A stretch of 64,000 bases of DNA from Chiloscyllium plagiosum. Taxonomy: Eukaryota. A program made the translations under genes and the position numbers. The stretch is taken from NCBI RefSeq assembly GCF_004010195.1, contig NC_057718.1:37258337-37322336 (forward strand), read 5' to 3'. Below, in pieces: positions 1-13,389 of this stretch. Numbering within the stretch: the first letter of the stretch is position 1; each line of letters opens with the position of its first letter. The notes beneath the pieces were generated by a model. It was not told the origin of the DNA. It worked only from the letters and a program-made list of their open reading frames with translations, and did not search any database.

Positions 1-74
1 ATGTAGAAAAATGCACCTTTACTTTGTTGACGGGAATGCCTCAAAACAGAAACAAAAAACTGCCAGATTGCAAG

Positions 75-315
75 ATAAATATTAATCAGAACTCCAGGGA
101 AATTCCTTTTCTCTTGTTCAAAATATTGCCATGCCATATCTTATATCACTACAGGAGACATGTTTGATTTATATCAAATACCTAAATATTTGTACCTCTG
201 ACAGTGCAGCACTCTCTCAGTGTGGTATAATGTATCAGCATAGATTTTTGTATCCATTGTTTCTATATTAGGACTTGAATCCACTTGCTTCTGATTCAAA
301 AGCAAAAATGCTGAC
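75..315 (-). mobile_element. Old Deu-domain (AmnSINE1/SacSINE1-like) SINE remnant
   Basis: Motifs caaaatattgccatg, acctctgacagtgcagcactc and ggacttgaatcc (reverse B-box). Related pieces at 10530-10830 and 52370-52620. Confidence 0.55.
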
Positions 316-513
316 ATTAGGTAAATGTTGACATCTTGAAAGAGAGCAGCTTATTTTTCATTTCATCACCCACATGGATCCTGTCTTTTTGTAAGGTATG
401 TGGAACATTATTTGTTCCAGTTCTACTCAGGACCCCACCCACAACTCTTTCTCTAGTACATTGATATCTTTATTGGTGCTTCTTGTTCTGATCCAGAATT
501 GTAAAAATTCATC

Positions 514-620
514 AGTTCTGAAAAAGAGTCACATCAGACTCTGAAACGTAAACTCTTTAGTCTCTTCATAGATGCTCCCAGACCTGCCGGGTTTCTCCAG
601 TATTTTCTGTATTTGTTTCA
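514..620 (+). mobile_element. Penelope-type terminal repeat (family B) with degenerate hammerhead
   Basis: AGTT-CTGAAAA-AGAGTC/GACTCT-GAAAC-GTA-AACT, followed by the gatgctcccagacctg tail. Confidence 0.7.
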
Positions 621-1246
621 TTTTTCTTTTTCATCTTGTTTTGTGAAGAGGCAGATCCTGCTCCTACATTTTGGTGTTCAATAAATTGTGGACAATGTGC
701 TCTTTCATGGCCACGCAGTAAAACAGTGTTGACCTATTACATTACTCCCACTCCTCCTACCCCACAGCCTACAATCACATTGAATAGAGCACAGAAAACT
801 GGACCTAAATAGAAAATTCCTTGACAACATTGTTCAGGTACAACATGGATTTTGACACAAACATCAGTCTCAAACATCAAAAAGGTTTGTTACTTAAATT
901 CACAGCATTATCAAAATAAAATTACTCAACATGGCTTGCTATGAAATAAAATGAAAGGTATATTTTTCTAAGCCATCCACAGAATTGGACTAAGTACAGA
1001 CGTAATATGGTCCCACCTCTTCGCATACCAGGATTAAAATATGTAACATTACTTTATAATTATTTTTCCTTTGTACACTGTGCTTTCGTAGAGCTCAAAC
1101 CACAAACTCGTTTCAAAATTCTTTGAACATTTAAATCAATGAAATAATCTGTCTTGAATAAAAGTTCCTTTTCCCCCTCCATTCAACCTGATGCTCAAAC
1201 AGTACGCTTAGCAGTTTTGTAGTTAGCGTAATCAAAGCTGTCTTAC

Positions 1247-1354
1247 CAGACGTTTGGCTTCTTGTGACATTTTGCAGATATAACCCACTCTTGAACAGGT
1301 ACAGAACTTCCTCTAGCTGAGTCAGTGTCTCATCTATACCCCAGCGTAACTCCC
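1247..1354 (-). CDS. PKDCC: PKDCC coding exon 5 (108 bp; (G)[35 protein letters not shown]); gene continues beyond the left edge
   Basis: Acceptor ttgtag|GG, donor CTG|gtaaga, phase 1/1. Translated manually. Confidence 0.93.
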
Positions 1355-2656
1355 CTACAAAACAAACAATGTTTCAGTTAAATGTTTTCTTTTATCCTTC
1401 AATCATTGAGTACAATGTAACTTTCTCTTTCCATTTTAGCTTTCCAAAATTGTGATGCTGCTCTGAACAATTTCCTCTTGTCCTGCTTCTGAGCCCCTGC
1501 ATTCAAACTGTTGAATTCAATACTCATTGTACTCATTGTAACGATTAGTTAGTTTTTCTATTCTTCCACAGAGCCTTACAAACTATCAAGACACTTAGCC
1601 ACTACTTTCTTATTTTCACTGCCTTCTATTCTTCTCATTCTAGCATTGTAGACCTCAGATCTTCACCTAGGCTTCTTAATTCAAGAAATCAAACACAAAT
1701 CTGATGTTCTGGACTATGAAGTGGCACGGGTAGGGGGAGCTAGGGAATGGGTCCACCTCCCGATCTCAATTATGCTATTGTTTGGCAATGCACAGGAGGA
1801 TACAGGCATCTCCATAGTAGGAAACAGACAACAGTGTATTAGATATTAAAGTTGCAATCCTTCTTAACTGTAAAATGCATTTGAGTATATCTTTGATTTA
1901 GATAATAAAGGTACATTAAATTAAGCAGACAATAAGAAGAGAAAAAGGGAAACTAGGTGGTTACAAAAAAAAACACATATGATGTTTCGAGTTTTATATT
2001 ACTTTCAATGAAATGTATTCATGCATCAGGAATGTCACAAACCATTGGTTACAGCCAGAGACACCGTCAAAAGCCTTTTGTTCCAACAGTTGCATTTGGT
2101 TTGCTAATTTACAACTAACACCATGTGGAGTATTTGGCTAAGCTGCAACTCCAGGATGTGCTTCTTATGTTGTGGCATTTGGGAATATTATAAGGTTTAG
2201 GGTTGTTGAGATATAAAATACTTTCAATTCAAATATTTTTAAATTTATAACAATAGGGTCCTTAGTTGTGCTTGACAGTAATAATAACCTTTAAAACTTA
2301 ACAATGTGTTATTAATATCCTTGAGAGTGCCATTGGCACTATAAGCATGATATCCAATAATGTTATCTATTCTTTCTCAATTACATACGCATATTGGTAG
2401 AAGTGAGTCCCAGCTGAGTTGACAAATTCCTCTCCCAACCAAGTGCATATAAAAGAGGGGTGCCAAAGATCGAATGACAAAATGGCATTGCCTTCTAATT
2501 TCTTCTTCCTCACTCCCACAATGGCATAGTCCACCGTCTTCCAAGTGAAAACTTGAATTTATGAAACATTGGCACCAGGACTTGTTCCAATGGGATGGCT
2601 CCACCTGACTTTACTGGGATCAAAGTCCTTGCGAATCGCATAATTTCATTTTGGAA

Positions 2657-2992
2657 TGGCATAGTGGCTCAGTGGTTAGCACTGCTGTCTCACAGCACCA
2701 GGGACCGGGTTTGATTCCCGCCTCAGGTGACTGCCTGTATGGAGTTTGCACTGTCTCCCCATGTTAACGTGGGTTTCCTCCGGGTGCTCTGGTTTCCTCC
2801 CACAATCCAAAAGATGTGCAGGTCAGGTGAATTGGCCGTGCTAAATTGCCCATAGTGTTAGGTGCATTAGTCAGGGGTAAATATAGGGTAGGGGACTGGG
2901 TCTGGGTGGGTTACTCTTCGGAGGGTTGGTGTGGACTTGTTGAGCTGAAGGGCCTATTTCCATATTCTAGGGAATCTAACCTAATCTAACTA
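2657..2992 (+). mobile_element. V-SINE (HE1-like tRNA-derived SINE)
   Basis: tRNA-like head (tggctcagtggttagc...gtttgattccc), V-domain ggagtttgca...gggtttcctccgggtgctctggtttcctccca, CR1-like tail with (aatct) repeats. Confidence 0.9.
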
Positions 2993-3139
2993 GGGCTGTA
3001 GATAGGGCTTTAAATAATAGGCAGGAGGATGAGGTTTAGTTGCATGGAAAATAATAGAATCAAAGATGAAGAGAAGGTAGGATTGTTGGTTATGATGGGG
3101 TTGATTGTTAACAGAAAATAAGTTGTTGTGGTTGTGTCA

Positions 3140-3362
3140 CCATAGTTTTACCAGATCAGGTAAGGGGGCTGCTGTATCATTAGAGAGAAGCAACAGGTGG
3201 TGAGTTAACCTGAGGGCCATCAGACCTCAGAGAAGGGAAAAGGTTGAGAAGGAGAGTCCTTCATGATAACCTCAAACCAGTCAGGGATAATGAACCCACG
3301 CTGTTGGCATCATACTGCTCTACAAACCAACAATCCAGCCACCTGAGCTAAACCGATTCCCA
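3140..3362 (-). mobile_element. tRNA-derived SINE (second family)
   Basis: Reverse tRNA-like head at the right end; matches 50100-50300 (-) and 50785-50915 (+). Confidence 0.6.
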
Positions 3363-3429
3363 ACAGAAGCTAAGAGGAAGGTGCAAAGTGTGTGAATGTC
3401 ATCTTGTATCAACAAACAACAAAAATGCA

Positions 3430-5170
3430 GGGAAACCTGACAATACAACAAGCTTAAAGGCTTTGTATCTGAAAGCACAAAGCATTCAGAATAGGGGAGA
3501 TGAACTGATGGCACAAATGGAGGTAAATCTAAGATACAAGAACTTTAAATTAGTTATATGTAGGGAGAGCTCAGGAGAGGTTATTAAAGTTTCCACAACA
3601 AGTAAAGGGACAGAGAGCATGGCAAAAGTCAGGAATCTACCTTCAGGTACAGGAAATAAGGGGGCAACTATGAGAAGGGGAGCAGTCAATGCAGGACTGA
3701 GAGTGTTGTAATTAAATGCACACAATGTACAAAATAAGGTAATGAGCCTGCTCGCAGATTGAAATTAGCAGGTATGATGTAGTGGACAACACAGAAACAT
3801 GGCTGCAAGGGGATCCAGGCTGGGAACAAAACGTCCAAAGATATCAAAAGGACAGGCAGATGGGCAAAGGGGCGCAGAGTTACCTTGTTAGAAATAAATG
3901 AAATTAAATCGATAGCATGTGATATAGAGTCAGAAGGCATAGAATCAGTGAGGATCAAGTTGAGGAACTGCAAAGGGAAAAAGACCCTGATGGGGGTTAT
4001 GTAATGCCTCCTAGCAGTAGTCAGGACATAGGGCAGAAAATAAATTAGGAGTTAGAAAAGGCATGTAAGAAAGGCACTATTACAATAATCACAGGGGACT
4101 TCAATGTATCCTTGGACTGGGAAAGTCATGTTGTTTGGAGATCTCAAGAAAAGGAATTTGTGGAATGTCTATGAAATGGTTTTTTGGAGCAGTTTGTGAT
4201 AAATTCTGGATTTGGTGATATGTAATGAGGCAGACTTGATTAGGGAGTTTAAGGTAAAGGAACTCCTAGAGGGCGATGACCATAATATGATAGGGTTCAC
4301 CCTGCAGTTTGAGAGGGAGAAGGTGGACTGGTATGTAACAGTATTATAATTGAGTAAAGGGAACGACAAAGACATGAGGGAGGAGCTGTCCAGAGTTGAT
4401 TGAAAGGGGAGCCTAGGAGGTAAGTCAGTGAAGTAGCAACAACAGGAGGTCCTGGGGGAAATTTGAGAGGCACAGAAGAAATTTATCCCAAGGAAGAAGC
4501 AACTAGTTTCTAAGTGGGGAAGTGCTTCATAAAACTGAAGCATAAGGGGATTTAGATGTCCTATTTCAGGATTCTCTTACAGTTAACATGCAGGTTCATT
4601 TGGCAGTTAGGAAGGCAAATGGTCAGTCCACATTTGGAATTTTATTTATCATTTCAAACCCTGTACCTATGGATGGATGTGCTAACATTGAAGGGGTGTC
4701 CAAAGGAGTTTACAAGAATGATCAAGGATAAAGGGCTTGTCATATGAGGAGCAGTTCAGGATTCTGGGTCTGTACTCGGTGGAGTTTAGAACTACAAAGG
4801 GGGAATCTTATTGAAACTTACAGAATACTGAGAGGCCTGGATAATGTGAATACGGAGAAGATGTTTCCACTAGTAAAAGAGATTTGCACCCAAGGACACA
4901 GCGTCAGAGGGAATGGATGACCCTTTTAACTGAGATGAGGAGGGATTTCTTCAGCCAGAGGATGATAAATCTATGGAACTCGTTGCCACAGAAGTTCAAG
5001 TCATTGACTACATTTAATATAGAGATAGACAGGTTCTTGATTAGTAAGGCGATCAAAGGGAGAAGGCAGGAGGCTGGAGTTGAGAAACTTATTAGCCATG
5101 ATCAAACAGTGGAGCAGACTCAATGGGCTGAATGTCCTAAATCTGCTCTTATCTCTAATGGTCTAATGTA
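3430..5170 (+). mobile_element. Degenerate CR1 LINE (APE-start segments joined to the 3' end)
   Basis: LKALYLKAQSIQNRGDEL, TETWLQG, TGDFN, MRRDFFSQRMINLWNSLPQ, CR1 3' UTR (gggctgaatgtccta); many stops. Confidence 0.85.
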
Positions 5171-6289
5171 ATGACATGAACAGTCTCAAGTGCCAGTGTG
5201 TGTGTTGGTGAAAGAAGTGGCTGAATGGCACCTTTTGCTGCAGTATCACACATAGAGGTTCTGGATGTTTGTGACAAGATACATTTATGTTTGAAAGACT
5301 GAAACATGTTTGCACCTGTTTTGCAGCAAGCAAGTATTGTTTGAAATACCAAGCTACTGATAAATACCATAAAGGCGATATCTTTATACGATCCATTTAC
5401 TGAATGGACCATTTCCAAAGAATTGAACTTCATACAGGTAGAAAGTTGCATATTTTGTTCTATAATCAGTGTGGATCTAAAGCCAAAGTTGAGTGAGAAT
5501 GAATCATTTTAGCCAAGTTTTTCTCGCAAACATATAATTAAAACAGGATATGAACCTTTATAAAGCCTGTAACTTACCTGTTACTTGTTTAAAGGAGAGA
5601 ATTTAAATTGGTACTTAGGATAGGAATATGGAGTTAAATTTTCCCATTTCCAGTTGTGGGTGAGTGAGTTGTGTGGTGTCCGGTCAGACATGATTCAGGG
5701 AGAGTTTCCTCATGTCCTTTTCCACTTTCCATCTCAGCAATATCATTTGGAAACGAGGAGGATGTGCTCACCTCTGGCCAGACTTTCCAGCTTCCACACC
5801 TCTGTTGAACTTTTTCTAGCCCAGCTGCACACCACTAAAGACACTGCCAACCAGAAGTGACTTCTCAGGCTTCAATGTGCTCAATCCTCAAAATATCTCA
5901 CAGGAAAGTCAAGCTACTCCCCACATGCAGGGCAGAGGCACCAAGGTTTTGGTGGATACAATAATGGAAATGAGGTCCTTTTCCCTGCTGACCACCAAAG
6001 GTGATCAGCCAGCCCAAAGAGAGTTTGTTGTATGGCTCGCTACAATGTTCTGAGTGAAAAGGAGGCGCAGCAGTGCTGGAAGAAAGCCAATTATTTCCTG
6101 TCCGATGCATACTTGCAAATTCCCTTCATTCCCAAACAAAAACCTTTTGATTATTCCATAACCCAAACTTCAAAAAGATTGAGAGTCCAATTCTGTTTTA
6201 ACCTTTGGTTTCAAAGATAAGGAAACTATATAACACGATGGGAGCAGCTCTTTGTCTGTGTCTGCTGTGAGGACAGTCTTACTTATACC

Positions 6290-6810
6290 AATTCAATCCA
6301 ACACAAAAATTGGGATTGATAATGGTGTGCAGGATATAAAAAGGCTTCACGTCAATTTAGACAAGTTGACTGAATAGGCAAATGCCTGGCAGATGTAGTA
6401 TTTATTGATAAATGTAAAGTTATCCACTTTGGTAGGAGGAAAAACAGAATGGCAATTAAATAGTGATAACTCAGGAAACGATGTACAAAGGAACCTGGAT
6501 ATCCTTGTCCATCGGTCACTAAAAGGAGGCATGCAAGTACAGCAAACAGTTAGGAAGGCATTGCAAGAGAGTTTGAGTCTTACTGCAGCTGTGTAGGGCC
6601 TTAGTGAGACCACACATGTAATATGATGCGCTGTTTTAGTCTCTTTATCCAAGAAATTATAAACTTGCCTTAGAGGGAGTGCAGCGAAGATTCATCAGAC
6701 TTACTTTTGGGAAAGCAGGATTGTTGTAAGAAGAAGGATTTAGTCAGCAGGGTGCGTCCTTACTGGAATTTGGAAGAATGGGATGGGATTTCTTTGAAAT
6801 ACTTCAGGTT
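6290..6810 (+). mobile_element. CR1 ORF2 C-terminal fragment
   Basis: VQRNLDILVHRSLKGGMQVQQTVRKA; AL(VR)PH-like segment. Confidence 0.75.
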
Positions 6811-6869
6811 CTTATGGTGCTTTGTTTCTGTTACAAATGATTTTCTCATTGACAAAGACAGCTGATCCA

Positions 6870-7195
6870 TAGAAACATCAGCAACTGGAAGTTCCCTGCC
6901 AATCAACACATCATCCCGACATGGAACTACACCAACATTTCTTCATTGTCATTGGTTCAAAATCCTGGAACTCTAATACTAACAGCATCTTCAGTGTCCC
7001 TCACTCCAAAGACAGCAGTGGTTCAAGAAAGTAACTCACCATCACCGTCTCAAAAGCAATTAGGAATGGTACTGATCAGTACTATAAAGGCTGTATCTAA
7101 TCCACCTTATCTAATCTTCATATCTAATGCAAAATATAGAACTTTGATCTGGCCAATAATGCCCATATTCCATGAATGAATAAAAATAAAATAAA
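6870..7195 (+). mobile_element. 3' end of a CR1/L2-group LINE (tail shared with the SINE at 21940-22270)
   Basis: caaaatcctggaactc...gcagtggttcaagaa...catgaatgaataaaa; homologous to 53100-53378. Confidence 0.65.
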
Positions 7196-8421
7196 GAAAT
7201 TGCCTAGTGCCTCAAATGTAAAATGCATGGCATTGTGTTTAATTCTGGAGTCTACTCTATCCTGACAATTCTCCCGGTTCTCTGCTTAAAACTCTATCTC
7301 AGTCTCTTGAGTCCTCCCTTCCCTTCTCACCTGGATAACAGAAGGATATATCATTCCGAGAGAATGGAAGAACGTTTTATAGAATGACTCTCGTCACTGA
7401 ACTTTTAGTATTTGACTCAACAATAGATGGCAGTTGAACCAGTGAGTTCACCCTGACCTCAATACCCACCCAACCCCTATTGTCCCACACCTCCACCCCC
7501 ATCTGATTGAGAAATGGATTTGTAATGTTAAGCTGTACTATTCATTGCGATTGGACCTCCTACCCATAGAGACAAACCCACATACTGACTTATTAATGAA
7601 CTATTCATGATACAGCAAATAATGATGCCGGTCAATTTAGACAAGGTGACAGAATGGGCAGACAAATCCATTTCATTTGGTGTAAATTGGAAAAAGGCCA
7701 AAACAAGTGGGACTGCTAGAGCAGAAATTGTTAACTGTAGTGGCCTTAGCCAGCAGTAACCTTTGATTTATGGTAGCCTGATTATGTTCTTGGCAGCCAT
7801 GCATGCAGTAGACTGGGTCTCACACAATGGAACTGCACCTCCATCACCTTTGTCCTGGCACCTCTCGTCCTTTAAAACCCTCCTTGTAATGTACGTATTT
7901 GCCCAAATATTTTGGTCACCTTTCCTAATTTCTTCATTGACTTAATGCATATTTTTCTCTTAGTCCTCTGTGAAACACCTTGTTTTTTTCTCTTTAAAGT
8001 GACAGCAGATAAATAAATGTATGTTATCAGCAATGTCGTTTGCTGTTGCTAAATTGCGCAAGCTAAATCAGGAGATCAAATTAGATAAAATACAAAGGAG
8101 CAGCTGGAAAGCAATCAAAACAACATTCGTGGCTGTAAGTGGCTTGTTCTGTGCATAAAAACATATTCAATAAATAAAGGGTTTATGTGATCATAAAATA
8201 TATCAATCATAAAGCTTTAATAATAAACGTGACAGTGTTATCAAGATTATAAAGCCAATTTGTGTTTTTATTACTCTAGTTACTTATACCTTCTATCCTA
8301 ATCTACTGTAATTACAGAATTCTGATACTCCACTTATCCAAAACATTTCTAAATCTACATTATGTAAACTGAAACCTTCAAACAGAATAAAGCCAGAGTA
8401 ATAAATATTACAATTTCATAC

Positions 8422-8501
8422 CTGTGGCATTCACTACGGTATCCAGCAGTGACCGCAGACTTGATGGGGCACTGTGTGGCAAGAGGTAGGTAAAGAAAAA
8501 C
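8422..8501 (-). CDS. PKDCC: PKDCC coding exon 4 (80 bp; (R)[26 protein letters not shown](G))
   Basis: Acceptor tgcag|G, donor CAG|gtatga. Phase 2/1 fits exons 3 and 5. Not in the ORF track; translated manually. Confidence 0.95.
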
Positions 8502-9214
8502 CTGCAATGCGAGCAGATATTGAGCTATGTTAGACTCCTTAATCAGTAAGAAATTTTTCATTTCTCTTCCCTGCCCATTTCTGAGCTTGCCATATATGGA
8601 ATCTCTAGTCTGAATGCCAATCAGTCAATTTTCATCTAGGTATCTGGCAATTAACACTCTACTATGAATCAGCACGTATTGCCAATAATTCTTTCACCCT
8701 ATGAACAGATTATCAATTTTGGGTTGAAAAGGTAGGATTTGTGCTTAGTTGCAGACATGAGATTGGAATCAATGGATGTGAAATTCAACCTTTGCAGAGT
8801 TGCTCAAATAAGGGAATTATGTTGGTGGAAAAGGAAATTGTGTAATGTGTAGAACAAATGAGCAATCCACAATGGCCCATTTAGTGCCCCTACTAAGATT
8901 TACTTCCATTATTTTACAGATCAGTTCCATAAATCATATTCAGAAATTACCTTGTTAATGTATTAGAAATAAGTGGAGTTAAGAGCAAGCTTAGGTGAAA
9001 CGGCAAAAGGACAATAACAGATCGGCAGGCTGTCATGCAAATTGCCCAATCTTAATTTCCATTAAAGTCACTTGGCTGGGGTGTAAAACAAGCTGCTTTT
9101 TCACATTATCACTATGTGACAAGTGCAACCGCCTTCTCACTAGGTTTCCTCTTATTTTTGAGTTTTATGAAATTAAAAAGTTACTAAAGTTGAGAGTATA
9201 ATTTCTCTGAAGCA

Positions 9215-9390
9215 AACAAAAATAACTCAGCAGGTAGGGCAGCATTGCTGAACAACAAACAGAGTTAATGCTTTGAATGCAGTGAATCTTTTTCAGAACT
9301 GTCCTGCCAGACCTGCTGAATTTCTCCAGCAATTTCTGGTTTTATTTGCTTCAGGTCTCCATCATCTGCAGTTTTTTTTGTTTTGTTTTA
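9215..9390. mobile_element. Head-to-head pair of family-B Penelope terminal-repeat fragments
   Basis: Minus copy with eroded hammerhead (plus gagttaatgc...tttttcagaact), then plus tail gccagacctgctgaatttctccagc...catctgcagtttt. Confidence 0.6.
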
Positions 9391-9740
9391 GTATCAATAC
9401 CCTGTTATGTTTCATAAGATCATGTAATGGTAAAAACATGGATGTAGATGTTTAGCCTCCCTGCCTGGTGCAAAGTATCTTTGTGAAATCAATGGAAATA
9501 ACATCAAATCTAAAGCAACCTGTCAGTCCACCTAATTAATTTTAAGGGTAGTCCACCTGAGATTTCTTTTGGGCTCAGAAAACACTTGCTCCTCTTGGCC
9601 CAAATTAAAGTTTCCCCAAAGCTAATTCATCAGCCAGCTCCTGGTTAAACAGCTCATCTCCTGAAAGAACAGTGCAAATGTGCACACTCATCCTGACTCT
9701 AATTGAATCAAAGCACCATAACCAGAGTAAAATACTGACT

Positions 9741-9880
9741 CCACCACTGGAAATTCCTGATGAAGGGTCGTGCCTGAAATGTTGATTCTCCTGCTCCTCA
9801 GATGCTGCCTGACCTGCTGTGCTTTTCTAGCACCACACTCTCGAATCTGACCTCCAACATCTGCAGTCCTCATTTTCTCC
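9741..9880 (+). mobile_element. Solo Penelope-type terminal repeat (family A) with hammerhead and 13-bp TSD
   Basis: TSD taaaatactgact at 9728-9740 and 9881-9893; ATTC-CTGATGA-AGGGT cg TGCCT-GAAA-TGTT-GATT. Confidence 0.85.
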
Positions 9881-10064
9881 TAAAATACTGACTTGCATAC
9901 TTAAATAGCATTCCATTAGTTTAATGTGGTTGAGTGCTTGCTCACTTTCAGTCTAAAACTAGTATCCGTTAAAGGCATTGTTCTAATCCCAATTGTCCTC
10001 TGCTCGTTTTTCAGGTGAAAATAAGCAGATGTTTGGCAATTGAAAATGGGACCCATTATGATAT

Positions 10065-10373
10065 GGGGGTGGCACAGTGGCACAGTGGTTAGCACTGCTG
10101 CCTCACAGCGCCTGAGACCCGGGTTCAATTCCCATCTCAGGCGACTGACTGTGTGGAGTTTGCACGTTCTCCCCGTGTCTGCGTGGGTTTCCTCCGGGTG
10201 CTCCGGTTTCCTCCCACAGTCCAAAGATGTGCAGGTCAGGTGAATTGGCCATGCTAAATTGCCCGTAGTGTTAGGTTAGGGGTATGGGTGGGTTGCGCTT
10301 CGGCGGGTCAGTGTGGACTTGTTGGGCCGAAGGGCCTATTTCCACACTGTAATGTAATCTAATCTAATCTAAT
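10065..10373 (+). mobile_element. V-SINE (HE1-like), well-preserved copy
   Basis: A/B-box head, V-domain, tail gggccgaagggcctatttccacactg + (taatc)n. Confidence 0.92.
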
Positions 10374-10529
10374 ATGACACATTACGTAGAGCGAATAGTC
10401 AAATTGTCAACACCATAGAACCAATGATTAGTCTTTAAATTAGGCTCTAGAACATTACATTTGCTTTGGACTAAACATGTTTTATCACCATGCAATGATT
10501 TCCACATTAGAATTACAAAGGAAAAAAAA

Positions 10530-10830
10530 ACGTTACTTTCATGATCTCAAAGCATCTCAAATTGCTTATTAACCAATTAAATACTTCAGAATTTCTATAA
10601 CATAGGAAACACTGCAACAGACTTAGAGAAAGTAAGTTCCCACAAACTGGGGTGAAGTAAACACATTATTGGCTTTCGGTGTAGGTTAAGGGAAAGATGT
10701 TGGACAAGACACTGGGAGAACACCCCCGCTCTTCCTTGAATCACACTGTTACATCAATATGCAAGGGCAGACAGACCTTCCCTTTCAACATCTGCGCAAC
10801 TCCACCATTGGAGATTATGTGCTCAAGTCT
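10530..10830 (-). mobile_element. Deu-domain SINE remnant
   Basis: gggaaagatgttggacaagacactgggagaacacccccgctcttccttgaa; gattatgtgctcaagtctctg. Confidence 0.55.
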
Positions 10831-11707
10831 CTGATACTGTTTCCTGTTTATGAAAGAAGCTAGGTATATCAGCAAACCACTTACAGCCATTTATTGCAGT
10901 GTGATAGTATCTTCAGTTCATTACTAGGTAATTGGTGTTGAATTTATTTTTAATCCCTACGTAATATTCAAGAATGATGCCCTGGGAGATGTCGCTTTTA
11001 ATCAATATTATTCTCAACTCCAGACACAATTCCACCCTCAGACTCACTTTCTACCATTTCCACAGCCGCTTTGTGGTAATTCAAGGAAATAAGAACATTT
11101 GGCAGCAGTTTCTTTAATGGTTTCTAGTTACAGAATGTGCATGCCCATGTTCTACTTACCACGTGAATTCAACAATCTTACGTGCAGTGAAATTCAATAT
11201 ATTGATCCCATAACATCTTGAAGGGCCAGGTTTCTGTCCTCCAGTATCTGTAACATCTTGTAACATTCTCATAGCAATGCTCGTCTTAGTGGCTAAGTGA
11301 TGCTTTGTGTAGCTTGTATATTTCTGAAAGGAACTGAATGGGGCAAACTATATCTATCTGTAAAGATTAGAATAAATTGGTCATTTAACACTTTTTCTGT
11401 TATTGTCAAGATTATGACTGAACTGTATAAAAACATTGGGATGATTGCAAACTCTCTCACTATTCATTGTTTTTTTTCTCTTGTCATAATAAACACTAAG
11501 CCCATATCAGACTGCATCATGTTTGGACATATTATCCCTTCTGAGAACCACAGAATGAAGTCAATTACACATGTTCTTTACAAAGTGGAATGTAGTTTCA
11601 AAGCAATTTTGCATAGTGATGAAACTGACAAACAGGCGGTTTCAGACAATAGCAGAAGTTGCAATCTGAGCTCTGCTGACACGTTCAGCAGTGAAAGAAG
11701 CAATTAC

Positions 11708-11979
11708 CTATATGCATTGTAGAGATTCCGCTTTTCGTTCATGTTTTGGCATCTGCCCTCCAAGGAGCATATTAAAGTGAAATTTCGGGCTGGAAATTCC
11801 ATAAAACAGTCACTGTTGCTTGAGCAGGGTGTGTCACTGATACTGGCATCATCCAAATCTGTCACTTTTAGTTCACCATCAACAATAACAAATTGTCGAG
11901 GACGAAAGTCCAACAAAGTCACTGAGCCAAGAGGTGAATGGGCCAAATAGTGTAGTAAACGTATCAAACTCAAACATAT
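11708..11979 (-). CDS. PKDCC: PKDCC coding exon 3 (272 bp; catalytic loop [14 protein letters not shown], Cys-rich insert)
   Basis: Acceptor ttgcag|ATA, donor AG|gtaatt. Translates [44 protein letters not shown]...[11 protein letters not shown], typical of PKDCC. Confidence 0.97.
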
Positions 11980-13389
11980 CTGCAATGAAAACAGCGCAAG
12001 GTACAATTAGCTTCAGTTTTAAAAAGATCCAAAAGACAGAGCTCTGCAAAATATACTCTCACATACTGTCCATTTAACAATAATATATAAGGAGAAAGTT
12101 CAACGGAAATGAATTATATATGAAAAACAAACTGGCCAACATGATTGATTTTCTTAGACTTTCCATGCCTTCACACCTACATGTTCAGTTTTGGTTTCTC
12201 TCTGTTGTTACAATCAATGTCTCTTGCTGCAATCCATTTCTTTCAATGCCACTGCACAATAACACACAGTCCAGAAAATGGCATTTCCTAGGAACTAGTC
12301 TGTATCTCATGCAAGTAGTTTACTCTTTAAATAGGAATGTCAATAAGTTATTCTGCTACATACAGCTGAGTCAATTTCTGTCCTCACTTGCAATGTATTT
12401 AGCTACATTAGGCAGTGATCAAAAACCCTGGAATCTGAACTGATGGTCTGGCTAAGACTGGTTACTTTAGCACAGACTGCAAATTGGACCTGAGACATAT
12501 TGCTCAGTTCAGAAGACAATTTCAAGCTGTGTTTTCATATCACACTTTTATATCATTTAGCATCTTTAAACACAAAGTGTAGTATGGCAGTACAACAGAG
12601 GAAAGTTCACTATATTTACACTACACAAAAGAACAGACACATTTAATGAATCTGAGAAGTGGTGTAATTTCAAGAGTCTGAGGTCTTTGATTTATTTGAC
12701 AGCTTGCAATTCAAGTTAATTTGTACTTTTTGGGAAGTAAAATAATATGCTATGGAAGGAATAGCAAGAAGACAAACCACTGTAGGGCTAGTCTTCTAGT
12801 AAGAGACCTAGTAAGAGATAGCTCTTTAATGTTCTTAGTAACACCAATAAATGAATGGAGAACTCAAAGTAATCTGTACTTGATTACATCAAAACATTGG
12901 CTCATTTAATGAAACAACTAACATTTGCTTTTGGTTTCATATAAGGGAGCTTTTTTTGGGTCGCCAAAACAAAACGCTATCTCCCCCAAGCTGGGACTTC
13001 CTGCACTTGTGAATAGTGCCTTCCAGAAGAGATCTGAAGACTACCATTGACGGTAGCAATGTCTGTCCACTGGATGGGCTTGCCACCCTGACTGAGAAGA
13101 TAGGAGGCTTACCTTGGGGAGAAAATCAAAGAGAAAATAAAGAATTATTTTCTAACAGTAAGAAAACAAATGAAATTTATCTTTGTCTTTTTTCCTCATG
13201 CCCTGAAAATTGCAAAATCTCAGTTGAGAAAGGTACATATTAGGCAGAGTGAAAGAACTAAAGTTAATGGATATTATTCATGGCAAATACAAAACGGATC
13301 TCTCTTTCCAAGTTGCTTGTTGTGTTTGAGACTTGTCCCTTTCTGGGTAATTTTATGTAGCATTCAAAGACCTGAGCCTCTGTTAACAT

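Noticed and set aside
1..1246. PKDCC exon 6
   Set aside because: No matching reading frame with splice sites found; presumably outside the window.
10065..10145. tRNA gene
   Set aside because: SINE head continuing into a V-domain. The same applies to the other A/B-box hits.
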